Shown one piece after another: positions 18,675-28,490 of a stretch of DNA of 64,000 nt. The translations under genes and the position numbers were made by a program. Position 1 is the stretch's first letter. Each line of letters begins with the position of its first letter. Below the pieces are notes generated by a model. The model ran no database searches. It was not told where the DNA came from and saw only the letters and a list, made by a program, of their open reading frames with translations. The stretch spans positions 3,049-67,048 of IMG/VR virus record IMGVR_UViG_3300001528_000921; one strand, 5' to 3'. The stretch comes from a virus. Taxonomy: Duplodnaviria > Caudoviricetes.

Positions 18675-19088
18675 TTGAAGAAAATGGCAAAACAGAATGA
18701 CTTGAAATTTCGTGTTTGGGACGATCGGGACAGAACTTGGGGCGATCCTCTCAATACGGCGTTGAATTGCGACGGCGAATTGCTAGCTCCGGACGGAGCT
18801 GGGGAATTTTACGATACTTATCGTGAAGTTTCTCCCGACGAATTGTCGCATTTCCATATCGACCTTTGTTCTGGCGTCGAGGACGACTGCGGCAACCTGA
18901 TATACGAGGGTGACATATTGAGACTTTCGAGAGAGGAACTCACCGTTGTTACTTATAAACATGGTGCGTTCATGCTCAAAAAACTCGACGAGGAAGGTGC
19001 GGAGCAATTCTTGGCATCTTTCGTCAAATTTAGCTTGTCGATGGAAGTTGTCGGAAACATTCGAGAGAATCCGGAGTTGGTGAAATGA
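18675..19088 (+). CDS. YopX-family protein
   Basis: KFRVWD...DDCGNLIYEGDIL...EVVGNIRENPEL signature. Confidence 0.85.
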   Translation: MKKMAKQNDLKFRVWDDRDRTWGDPLNTALNCDGELLAPDGAGEFYDTYREVSPDELSHFHIDLCSGVEDDCGNLIYEGDILRLSREELTVVTYKHGAFMLKKLDEEGAEQFLASFVKFSLSMEVVGNIRENPELVK

Positions 19089-21198
19089 TTTTGTGCTACG
19101 ACTTTGAAGTATTTTCAAAAACACCGAACGGCGATTGGTGTGTTGTGATTGTGGATTTGCTCACCGGCGAAGAAACGCACATCGTCAACGACACTGACAA
19201 AATGAAACGGTTTTATGAATCGCACAAAGATTTTGTGTGGTGCTCATATAACGGACGTGTTTATGATAACAACATTCTGAAAGGAATCCTGCTCGACATT
19301 GAGCCGCGCGTCATGAACGATTGGCTGATTGAAAAGGAAGGAAAGGCGTTTGAACTCGACAGACGAATCAACGAAATTCAGCTGTACGCTTTCGACGCCA
19401 TGTATTCCAAGATTTTGTCTTTGAAACGTCTTGAAGCGTTTATGGGCGACGACATCGAGGAAACGCATATTCCTTTCAACACGACGAAAACATTGACCGA
19501 GGAAGATTGGAAGTCGGTGCTGTATTATTGCGCCCATGACGTCTATGAAACGATTAAGGTGATGACGAAATCGAAAGCCGAGTTCAACGCTCAATGGTCG
19601 CTCGTCAAAGAATTTGACTTGCCGTTGTCTTTCCTCGCCAAGACGAAAGCACAGCTGACTGCGGAAATTCTTGATTGCGAACCGAAAGTGTGGAATGACG
19701 AATGGGACCTGCCCGAACCCGAATATGAATGCAAGATTGAAAAATATCGAAGCGTTTATGACTGGTTTTTCAAAAAGGAAAATCAGCAAATCGGGTGCAA
19801 GCAGGAAAATGTTGTCGCTGGCGTCCCTCTGGTTTCCGCTTGGGGCGGAGGACACGCCGCGATTCCCAATTTGTTTCAGCGCATGAATTTGATGTGCGTT
19901 GACGTTACCAGTTTTTATCCATCATTGAACATTGAACACAACCTTTTGTCGAGAAACCCTCGGCACAAAGAGAAGTTCGTCGAAATATACAAGAAACGTT
20001 TGCAACTGAAAGCGGAGGGAAAGAAAAAGGAACAAGCTCCTTATAAAATTGTCCTTGACTGTTAGGGTCAATTAAAAAACCTGTTGAACGTTAACCAGCG
20101 GTGTCGGAGAAATCCGGCTAACGGTGAAAACCCACCTGAAATGGGCAACACCGTGCGAAGCTCGAAAGGGAACGTGTAACGACTATTCCGAAAGGAAGTA
20201 GAGAATTTATCGGTACGATTCTCGAAGCGGCAGGGGAAGCGAGAGCTTCCAAGAGATAGTCTAATCCCCAACGAGTGGAAAACTTGGGGTAGGAATGAAA
20301 CGGCACGTTCGGCGCATCGGGCGACAAATACAACAAACTTTTTGACCCCCGTCAATGCCACCGAACTTGTATGACTGGGCAGATTTTCTTGCTCGATCTC
20401 ATGGAGCAGTTGGAAAACGTGTGCGAAATCATCGCTTGCAACACGGATTCCGTGTATGTTTCATACGAGCCTGAAAACCGCGACAAGATTATTGAACTTT
20501 GTCACGATTGGGAGCGGCGGACGAAAATGGTTTTGGAATACGACGATTTTCCGAATTGCATGATGTTTCAGCGCGACGTGAACAATTATCTGATTGTTCC
20601 CGGCGGCGATTTGAGCGGAATGAAAGGGAAGGGAGCGGTTGTCAAAACTTTGAACGAATTGGACAACGACTGCGCGATTTTGAACAAAGCCGTCAAAGCG
20701 TTCTTGGCGCAGGGCATCGAACCGGCGGAAACAATTTATGCGGACGACAATTTGATTGATTTCCAAAAGATTTTCGTCAAATCGAGCGCATACAATTTCG
20801 TTTATGTCGGCGCGAAAGTCGAGGAGTTCAAGGAAATCAACCCCGAAACGGGGAGGTTGAAGACCTATCGGCGTCCGACTTCGCTCGGCAAGATTTTGAC
20901 GGACAAAACATTTCGAGTCTTCGCTTCGACGAACGACGTCGGCACGTTGTACAAAAGCAAGGAACTCGGCAAAGACTTGGCGAAGTTTGCGGGCGCGCCG
21001 GATAACTGCTTCGTGTACAACAAGTCCGTCAAAGACCTGAAAGTTTCTGATTTTCCCGAACTCGACCGGCAGTGGTACATTGATACGACGTGGGACAAAA
21101 TCATTCAGTTTTATACGGACAAGAAAATCAAACCCGAATCCGTTGAAGAAATCAAAAACGAAATTCGGCAGAAACGAAAGGAATTGGAAAATGCCTAA
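19085..21198 (+). CDS. Family-B DNA polymerase, two exons (19085-20055 + 20298-21198)
   Basis: Exo I YDFE, Exo II SYNG, motif A DVTSFYPS; splicing restores motif B K-I-V-L-N-G-T-F-G; motif C NTDS. Confidence 0.9.
20056..20297 (+). ncRNA. Group I intron (IA2-like), 242 nt, no ORF
   Basis: P1 U-G pair at 20055/20065; P3 CCTGTTG/CGGCAGG; P7 GACTA/TAGTC (R ..GTAACGACTA, S AAGAGATAGTC); P7.1/7.2 hairpins; P8 GGAAGC-GAGA-GCTTCC; P9 CCCCAA/TTGGGG; omega-G 20297. Confidence 0.92.
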
Positions 21199-21628
21199 CA
21201 AACCCCTCTCCAAAATCTGTGAAGATTTCATCTTCAAATACTTCAACCGAAACAAATCTTGCTGCTGCTTCCGGTTCTCCGATACCCACGACACGTTTCA
21301 AGGTCGGGGGCACGGAGTTGTGCTTGCGAAAGCTCCGAGCGACTTCGTTATTACCGAATTAGGAAATACGTATTATGCGGAGGTGAAATCGACCGAGAAC
21401 GTGAAAGGAACGACCAAAAAACTGTTCGATCAGCAAGCTGCTCGGCGGGACCAGATTCTTACCTCTTTAGGTGAATACTGGTATTTCGTTTATTCTGAAG
21501 CAAAAGACAAGTGGTATATTTTGAGTGGCTTCGAAGTCGCTCAAAAACCAAGCGTGAAATGGGAAGATCTTGATACACGCTCATCACTTTGGGAACGAGA
21601 TTTAAACGAAGCGTGGCAAAACCGTTGA
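21191..21628 (+). CDS. RecU-like Holliday junction resolvase (PD-(D/E)xK)
   Basis: PSDF...YAEVKST motif; ATG overlaps the polymerase stop. Confidence 0.8.
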   Translation: MPNKPLSKICEDFIFKYFNRNKSCCCFRFSDTHDTFQGRGHGVVLAKAPSDFVITELGNTYYAEVKSTENVKGTTKKLFDQQAARRDQILTSLGEYWYFVYSEAKDKWYILSGFEVAQKPSVKWEDLDTRSSLWERDLNEAWQNR

Positions 21629-21653
21629 CAACGGTTTTGCTTTCGTTTAAACT
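21625..21653 (+). promoter_or_regulatory. Sigma70-like promoter embedded in an inverted repeat
   Basis: TTGACA-17 nt-TAAACT; the -35 sits in the loop of GCAAAACCGT/ACGGTTTTGC. Confidence 0.6.
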
Positions 21654-21743
21654 GACATTGCTTTTGCGGCGGGATTTGTCTTCGATACCCGAAACGATAA
21701 TTCTCTAAATTTCCGCCGTCAAAAGCTGAAAGCGTAGCACATT

Positions 21744-22322
21744 TTGACTGACCTTCATTTTGACGTTCGTGATTTCACAGCCGAGATTTCCTTGATTGAA
21801 AATCGGGAAATCAGACGTTTGGTGATTACGGTACTTCAATCAGTCCCGCGGCGGTTTTTCGTCGAGGGCGCATCGACGACGGGCAAGTATCATTGCCCCG
21901 TGTCGCAGGGTGTCGGAGGATTGGTCAGGCACACGAAGCTTCTCGTCAAATTCGCTCTGGATTTGCTGAATTTAGAGCAGTTTGACGAGCTTCGGAATTT
22001 GAAAGATGAATTGATCGCGGCGATGTTGCTCCACGACTCGATTAAAATGGGTTGGGACGACTCGAACAAGTGGACGGTGTACGACCACCCGAATTTGGCA
22101 GCGGACTTCACAATGAAGAAAGCTTTGGAATTGAAGAATCTCCCGGCAAATACGGTAAATCGCATCTGCGCCGGAATCAGGTCGCACAGCGGGCAGTGGA
22201 ACACCGATCGGGAAGGTCGGGAAATACTGCCGAAGCCTGTGACACGCTTCGAGCAATTCGTCCATCTTTGCGATTATCTGGCGTCCCGCCGTTGGCTCGA
22301 CGTTAAAGCGGAAGATTTATAA
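21744..22322 (+). CDS. HD-domain phosphohydrolase
   Basis: H(TK)...LLHD...HP...HSG...HLCD metal-binding residues. Confidence 0.85.
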   Translation: MTDLHFDVRDFTAEISLIENREIRRLVITVLQSVPRRFFVEGASTTGKYHCPVSQGVGGLVRHTKLLVKFALDLLNLEQFDELRNLKDELIAAMLLHDSIKMGWDDSNKWTVYDHPNLAADFTMKKALELKNLPANTVNRICAGIRSHSGQWNTDREGREILPKPVTRFEQFVHLCDYLASRRWLDVKAEDL

Positions 22323-22390
22323 AAGAAGAATGAAAAAACTTGCTTCGCCGCCCTTGTTTGGACAGGCGAAACTGAAAGGGGATTTTGAAA

Positions 22391-23293
22391 ATGATTATTT
22401 GTGACACCCACATCGGGAAAAAATGGGCGGCGAACGTGCCTTTGCATCGGCGCGGCGACCGAGAGAAGTTACAGCGTGAAACGTTTGCGAACATCTTGGC
22501 GAATTGTCATGAAGACTTGTATCATTTGGGCGACTTGTTCGATTCTTGGAACGTGTCGAACGACGATTTGATGTTTGTGTACGACAAGATTTGCGGCTGG
22601 GCGCATTGCAATCGAGCTTGCCGCGCCCATTTCATAGCAGGCAACCACGATCTGTCCCGCTCCGGCAAGATTTCCTCGTTTGAAATTTTGAAAGAAATGT
22701 TTGACGGGTTCGATAACGTTTTCTTTTACACATACGCCGACATTGTTGACGACGAATTGTTTCTTCCGTTCAGTTATCAAAAATCTTACGCCGAAATGGT
22801 GCTGCCGTTTCTCGGTAAGCATTACACGAACGTTTATGTTCACGCAGACCTCCCCGACGTCGAAGCTTTGAAACAGTTGAACGCAGATCATATTTATTCG
22901 GGGCATCTGCACAATCTCCGTCCGCGCAACGTTGTCGGCGGAGTCGAATTTGTGAACTCGATGTTGCCGCTGAATCATTACGAAGCGGCTGGAACGAAAT
23001 GGGACGGGAATTTGTACAAGACGTATCAATGCGTTGACGAATTTTATGTTTCCAACGAAGACGTCCATGACAAATGCGTAAAAATTCTGGTTCACGAAAA
23101 CGAAATCGCGCCGAATCGAGAAGACATCGACGCCATGCAGGTCGTCATCAAATCCGCCGACGAAGAAGCGGCGAACATGTACGAAGACGTCGTCGCTGAC
23201 GGTTTTGACGCTCGGAGCGTTTTCGACGAATGTATGAAAGACGTCGATACGCAAATCAAAGAAGAATGCTGGGTTATGATGACTGATCGATGA
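22391..23293 (+). CDS. SbcD/Mre11-like metallophosphoesterase nuclease
   Basis: DTH, GDLFD, GNHD and GHLH motifs; paired with the SbcC-like ATPase. Confidence 0.88.
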   Translation: MIICDTHIGKKWAANVPLHRRGDREKLQRETFANILANCHEDLYHLGDLFDSWNVSNDDLMFVYDKICGWAHCNRACRAHFIAGNHDLSRSGKISSFEILKEMFDGFDNVFFYTYADIVDDELFLPFSYQKSYAEMVLPFLGKHYTNVYVHADLPDVEALKQLNADHIYSGHLHNLRPRNVVGGVEFVNSMLPLNHYEAAGTKWDGNLYKTYQCVDEFYVSNEDVHDKCVKILVHENEIAPNREDIDAMQVVIKSADEEAANMYEDVVADGFDARSVFDECMKDVDTQIKEECWVMMTDR

Positions 23294-24652
23294 ATGTCAT
23301 GAATTTGTGCGAAATATGGCTTAGAATAATACTCTTTTGGGCTTGACACAATTCTTTGTTTATGAGAATATGTCATCAAAGAAGCGGATAGGATCGCTCC
23401 CGAAAACTTTGCAACCTACAAAGCTGCCGCTTCTTCATCTTAGGTTTCGCTGAGGAGCGACGAATGATTTTAGCTCACAAAATACGCATATATCCGAACC
23501 GTGAACAGGAACAATTCTTGAAGAAGTCCTGCGGAGTTGCTCGATTTGCTTATAACTGGGGATTGGAAGAATGGGAACGCAGATATCAGAATGGTGGGAA
23601 AATAAATCGTTTTAAATTGGACAAAATTTTCAATTCCGTTAAGAAAAAAGAATTTCCATTTGTTTGCGAAGTAAGCAAGTGCTGTTCTCAAATTGCATTT
23701 AGGAATCTCGGTCGTGCATATAAAAACTTTTTTGATAGACGGACAAAATTCCCACATTTCAAAAAGAAAGGTGTTCATGATTCGTTTGGTTTGGACAACT
23801 TAAATTTTTGCATTGACGGGAAACGCATCAAACTCGCCAAAATGCAACCGATGCGAATGGCTGAACGTCTCCGATTCGACGGCAAAATCATGTCCGGCAC
23901 GGTTTCGCATGTCGCTGACAAGTGGTACATTTCAATCGCGGTTGAATTGCGAAAAGATTTAGCGTTACCGAAGACTGGCAAATATGCAGGCGTCGATTTA
24001 GGCGTGAAGGACATCGCCATCACATCTGACGGGTGCAAATTTGCGAATCCTCGGTGGATTCAGAAATCTGAAAAGAAGTTGAAACGATTGAATCGCGAAC
24101 TGGCTCGGCGTCAGCGGGCAAGCAAAAGGCGTGAAAGAACACGTTTGCGCTTGGCGCGGCAACACGACCGAGTCGCGAATCAGCGAAAAGATTGGCTTCA
24201 CAAGATCACGACATATCTGGTGAGAAAATATGACGTGATCGCACTGGAAGATTTAAACGTTCGTGGAATGGTTAAAAACCACAACCTCGCGAAAGCTATC
24301 ACGAACGTTTCCTTTGGCGAGTTCAATCGCCAGATCGAGTACAAAGCGCAGATTTACGGGAAACATATTTATCGTGTTGATAGATATTTCCCTTCGAGCA
24401 AAACCTGCTCGAACTGCGGTTGTATTCAGGAAAAGATGCCGTTGCAAGTCCGTGAATGGATATGCCCCGATTGCGGGGCGCACCATGATCGCGACATCAA
24501 TGCGGCGACAAATTTGTTACGGCAGGCTATGCCGGAAGTTACGCACGGGGAGAGATCGGCTCTGGTGATTTCTGAAATTTCAGATGTTACGAAACTGGAC
24601 TCGTTGAACCGTGAATCATACAAAATCTTATGATATGAGTAGTAATGCTGGG
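23274..24652 (+). mobile_element. tnpA-less TnpB element (IS607/IS605-type) inserted in the 3' end of sbcD
   Basis: Bounded by the direct repeat AATGCTGGG (23265-23273 and 24644-24652); contains its own promoter, a structured leader and tnpB. Confidence 0.75.
23464..24633 (+). CDS. tnpB: TnpB RNA-guided endonuclease
   Basis: N-terminal HTH (KIRIYPN), RuvC D (GVDLG), E (LEDL), D (DRDINAA), Zn finger CSNC/CPDC; all catalytic residues intact. Confidence 0.95.
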   Translation: MILAHKIRIYPNREQEQFLKKSCGVARFAYNWGLEEWERRYQNGGKINRFKLDKIFNSVKKKEFPFVCEVSKCCSQIAFRNLGRAYKNFFDRRTKFPHFKKKGVHDSFGLDNLNFCIDGKRIKLAKMQPMRMAERLRFDGKIMSGTVSHVADKWYISIAVELRKDLALPKTGKYAGVDLGVKDIAITSDGCKFANPRWIQKSEKKLKRLNRELARRQRASKRRERTRLRLARQHDRVANQRKDWLHKITTYLVRKYDVIALEDLNVRGMVKNHNLAKAITNVSFGEFNRQIEYKAQIYGKHIYRVDRYFPSSKTCSNCGCIQEKMPLQVREWICPDCGAHHDRDINAATNLLRQAMPEVTHGERSALVISEISDVTKLDSLNRESYKIL

Positions 24653-24664
24653 AAGGTTACCGCA

Positions 24665-26581
24665 ATGCTTAAAAAACTTCACCTCAAAAATTACGCCAAG
24701 CACAAAGACTTGGAACTGAATTTCGCTGACGGTCTGACCGCAATTTGCGGAAAGAATGGCGGCGGCAAAACTCTGATAGTTGAAGCGATGTCGTTTGCTT
24801 TGTTCGGGTCAAAGGAGCTGCGAGGATCGAAATCCGATTACGCTGCCGATTTGTCCGTCGAATTGGAAATCGAAATCAAAGGCAAGCCGTATCGGATTGT
24901 CCGCACACTCGACAACTGTAAAATCAATGATACGGTTGTCGGCACGACCGAGTGCAACAAGTTTATCGCCGCGCTGCTCGGATTCGGGTCGGACGTGTAC
25001 AATTTCTCGATTTACTCAAAGCAGGGCGACTTAACTCGTTTGACCGACGTCGCTCCCGCCGAGCGCAAAGCCTGCATCGACGCTCTGATTGGCGCAAAGC
25101 AAATCGACAACGTTATAAAAAACGTCCGTGCAGAACTGAATGGATACAAAGCGAAAGCCGCCGCCTTTCAGACAACGCTGGACAATCTGCCGAAGACCGA
25201 TGTTCCGCCGAAGCCTGCATACGACAGAGCGAACGTCGAAACACAGCTGAAAAAAGTTCGTGAACTCGAAGCCGAGCTGAAAGCCGCGCGCATGTCCGCT
25301 GAAAAGCTAAACCGTGCGCCAGCGATTGAACCTGAAGCTCCGACACAACCGGAGCAAGCGCTTTCGCCCGAAGAAATCGCTACATTGCGGAATCGTGTTT
25401 CCGACCTTAACGCCAGATTTAAAGCGTACTCCGATTTGAACGCTGAAATTGCGTTTGCAGGTATCGAAGAAAAAGACATTCCTTCCGACGAGGAACGCGC
25501 ACGTCAATTCCGTTTGATTGAATCGTATGTTCCTGTTCCCGAATGTCCGAAACCGACGATGACGTTTGAAGAAATCGCTGGGGAATCTTCGGAGTGGCAT
25601 CGCCGCAAAGCTTGGGAAAAAGCTCCGAAGACGAGATGCCCGAAGTGCGGACATGCGTTTGCTGCTGAAGCCGAACCTGAAATTCCCACGCATGCCGAAA
25701 GCGAACTGAGCGAAGAATTACGTCGACTTCAGGCGTGGTCGAACGTTCCTGAAAACGTCGAATCACTCGAAAAACCGAAATACACGTTGAAACAGCTGCA
25801 AGATTTTGCCGATGCGAAGCGGAGATATATTCAGAGAGCGAATTTGTCGCTCGAAGGAATCGAGGACTTGCCGAACTTGCGAAACTTGCTCGCCGCAAAC
25901 GAATCATACAGAACAAAATTGGAACGTTTTGCTTCGGAAAAGCGCATCTACGATGATTTCATCGCCAAGAAGGCGGAGTTGGACACCGAAATCGCTCGAT
26001 TGCACAGTGAATTGTCCTTTCTGCCGCCTGAAGAAGAACTGGAACTGCGGCTGAACGCATGGACGAATTACGAATTGCAGCTCAAATTGTTTGAGCAAAA
26101 CGAATCGACTCGCCGTCTGATTGAAAAAGACCAGAGCGAAGCTGCCGCATTCGCGGACAAATACGAAACCGCTCTTGCGGGTCTGATTGAGTTCAAGCGC
26201 CGAGTCAAAACGTTCGTGATTCCGTCGCTCGAAAGCGTGGCGTCGCAGATGATTTCGGAAATGTCCGCCGGCGAATTAAATCGCTTTGAAATCAGCGAAG
26301 ACTTTGATATTCTGTTGGACGGCAAAAAAATCTGTCTGCTTTCTGGCTCGGAGAAAGCGTTGGCGAATATCGCTTTGCGTTTGTCGTTGGGACGAGTGCT
26401 GACTCGCGGCGTGCTTTCGTTGTTTATCGCAGACGAAATCGACGCTTCGATGTCGGAGGAACGTGCGGAAGAAGTCCACTCGGCACTGATGCGTTTGCGG
26501 GACGGCGGAAAGCTGCGGCAGATTTTGGTTATCACTCACAAATCACTGGAGTGTGACAGGGAGATCGAGATCGGAAAATGA
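24665..26581 (+). CDS. SbcC/Rad50-like SMC ATPase
   Basis: GKNGGGKT Walker A, coiled coil with CPKC zinc hook, LSGSE signature, IADE Walker B, THK. Confidence 0.92.
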   Translation: MLKKLHLKNYAKHKDLELNFADGLTAICGKNGGGKTLIVEAMSFALFGSKELRGSKSDYAADLSVELEIEIKGKPYRIVRTLDNCKINDTVVGTTECNKFIAALLGFGSDVYNFSIYSKQGDLTRLTDVAPAERKACIDALIGAKQIDNVIKNVRAELNGYKAKAAAFQTTLDNLPKTDVPPKPAYDRANVETQLKKVRELEAELKAARMSAEKLNRAPAIEPEAPTQPEQALSPEEIATLRNRVSDLNARFKAYSDLNAEIAFAGIEEKDIPSDEERARQFRLIESYVPVPECPKPTMTFEEIAGESSEWHRRKAWEKAPKTRCPKCGHAFAAEAEPEIPTHAESELSEELRRLQAWSNVPENVESLEKPKYTLKQLQDFADAKRRYIQRANLSLEGIEDLPNLRNLLAANESYRTKLERFASEKRIYDDFIAKKAELDTEIARLHSELSFLPPEEELELRLNAWTNYELQLKLFEQNESTRRLIEKDQSEAAAFADKYETALAGLIEFKRRVKTFVIPSLESVASQMISEMSAGELNRFEISEDFDILLDGKKICLLSGSEKALANIALRLSLGRVLTRGVLSLFIADEIDASMSEERAEEVHSALMRLRDGGKLRQILVITHKSLECDREIEIGK

Positions 26582-26759
26582 CCGAAAAATTTGTGTTCCA
26601 AGTCCATGCCAGAAAACGACAAACGGGTATGGAAAAAATCTTCAAATATAGCTGCGTCGCCGATTGCTACACGGCGGCGCTGGTTAAGTGCATGAACATT
26701 GTGAAAGTGGATCCGCGACTCGATTTCGAATCTGCGGAATTGAAGGAAAGGAAAATCGT

Positions 26760-27365
26760 ATGAGATTTAAACTTTTAAATTGTTTCGGCTTTGAAACCGC
26801 TTTGTGCGGCACGATGTTGTCGTTCGGAAAAACGTCGTTTGACAATTTCGAAGCATCGAAAGAAGACATCGACCGCGTGGCGAAAAAGCTTGCCCCCATG
26901 GACGGCGGACATAACGCCTTTTTGGAATTTATCAATTACCATATTTTGGTTCAAGCTCCGCTTTTCTGGTGGAAGCAACTCGACCGCTATCGGCATTTGA
27001 GCCAGATCAGCGAAAGCACGATGCACAAATCGTGGAAAAACGGACTGACGCAAGAAATGTTTGAAACGCCGATTTTCAAAGACACGCTTGACCGTCTGAA
27101 CGACTCGATTCGGGAATACAATTCGGAGCTGACGAAACCCGACAGAAAAGCGTATTTGCAGGATTTGATTATCGGCAATCTGCCCGATGCGTACTTGCAG
27201 ACGCGGCTTTTGAACGTAAACGCGAAATGTCTGCGGAATATGTATTTTCAGCGGCGGGATCATAAGCTGAAAGGGTTGTGGTCTGGCGAAGGCGGTTTTT
27301 GCGAATTTATCAAGAATTTGCCGTACGGCGATCTGATTACGGCTGAAAGGAACGAAAATGGATAA
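26760..27365 (+). CDS. Divergent ThyX-like (FAD-dependent thymidylate synthase fold) protein
   Basis: GGH..FLE, QLDRYRH.SQISESTMH and LRNMYFQRRDHKL..W..FC pattern; canonical RHRx7-8SxR motif altered. Confidence 0.7.
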   Translation: MRFKLLNCFGFETALCGTMLSFGKTSFDNFEASKEDIDRVAKKLAPMDGGHNAFLEFINYHILVQAPLFWWKQLDRYRHLSQISESTMHKSWKNGLTQEMFETPIFKDTLDRLNDSIREYNSELTKPDRKAYLQDLIIGNLPDAYLQTRLLNVNAKCLRNMYFQRRDHKLKGLWSGEGGFCEFIKNLPYGDLITAERNENG

Positions 27366-27540
27366 AGACTTATTTGGCACGGCAGTGATGATGATCGTAA
27401 CGGCGGTTCTCGGAATCTTCGCAGGTTTGGTTATGGCTTGCGAATCGGCTGATAACAGAGTCGCGAATCGGTTGTGCCAAAAACAGCAGTATGATTTTTG
27501 CGAAATCAGCGGATATAAAATGAAAGGGGAACTGAAATGA
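27358..27540 (+). CDS. Small membrane protein with LC.K..YDFC motif
   Basis: TM helix; paralogue of 18324-18509. Confidence 0.6.
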   Translation: MDKDLFGTAVMMIVTAVLGIFAGLVMACESADNRVANRLCQKQQYDFCEISGYKMKGELK

Positions 27541-28490
27541 CAAAAGAAGAAAAACTCGCATTGCTGAAACTTCCGCTCGAAGATAAAATCCGGCGAACAA
27601 AGGAATTGATTTTGGAGTGGTATCTCCAATACAACGGACAGGTCTTTATAAGCTTTTCGGGCGGAAAAGATAGCACTGTTTTGCTTCATATCGCTCGGTC
27701 GATCAAAACCTGTGCTGACATTCCCGCTGTGTTTGTCGATACCGGTTTGGAATACCCTGAATTGCGTCAGCACGTTAAAGAAACTGAAAACGTGGTCTGG
27801 GTAAAACCGAAATACACCTTCAAGCAGGTTTTGGAAAAATACGGGTATCCGATTATTTCAAAGGAGCAATCAGGATTCATCTATGATTTACGCCACTCCA
27901 AGTCAGAAAAACTTAAAAACATTCGGTTGAATGGTCGTATTCTCCCAGATGGGAGCCGAGGGACTATGTCAAAACTGTCAAATTGTTGGAGACCGCTTAT
28001 TGATGCTCCTTTTGAAATTTCAAACAAATGCTGCGATGTGATGAAAAAGAATCCAGCGAAAAAGTTTGAGAAAGAAAGCGGACGTCATCCGATTGTCGGA
28101 ACAATGGCAGAGGAAAGCCGTTTGCGTTGGAACAAATATCTTGGAACAAATTGCAACGCCTTTTCCGCAAAACATCCTGAAAGCAAACCGATGTCGTTTT
28201 GGACGGAGCAGGACGTTTTGGAATATATCCGTCGTTTCAAATTGAAGATTCCTTCCGTTTATGGAGAAATTAAAGAAGATGAAAACGGAAAATTATATAC
28301 GACTGGCGTTCATAGAACGGGTTGCATGTTCTGCATGTACGGCTTGCATTGTGAAAAGAAAGGCGAAACCAGGTTTGACAAGATGAAAGAAACACACCCG
28401 AAGCAGTATGATTATTGTATGAACCAACTTGGATTGAAAAACGTTATTGATGAATATCTCAAATGCTCACCCAGAAAGGACTCGAAATGA
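27537..28490 (+). CDS. PAPS-reductase-family protein
   Basis: SFSGGKDS PP-loop, DTGLEYPE, KCC, RTGCMFC. Confidence 0.88.
   Translation: MTKEEKLALLKLPLEDKIRRTKELILEWYLQYNGQVFISFSGGKDSTVLLHIARSIKTCADIPAVFVDTGLEYPELRQHVKETENVVWVKPKYTFKQVLEKYGYPIISKEQSGFIYDLRHSKSEKLKNIRLNGRILPDGSRGTMSKLSNCWRPLIDAPFEISNKCCDVMKKNPAKKFEKESGRHPIVGTMAEESRLRWNKYLGTNCNAFSAKHPESKPMSFWTEQDVLEYIRRFKLKIPSVYGEIKEDENGKLYTTGVHRTGCMFCMYGLHCEKKGETRFDKMKETHPKQYDYCMNQLGLKNVIDEYLKCSPRKDSK

Noticed and set aside
19085-21198. Two separate polymerase genes, a pseudogene, or TAG readthrough
   Set aside because: Fully explained by the group I intron; TAG acts as a normal stop elsewhere, so there is no sign of recoding
23274-23463. IStron (group I intron at the TnpB left end)
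   Set aside because: No P7/R/S core or other group I elements in the left end
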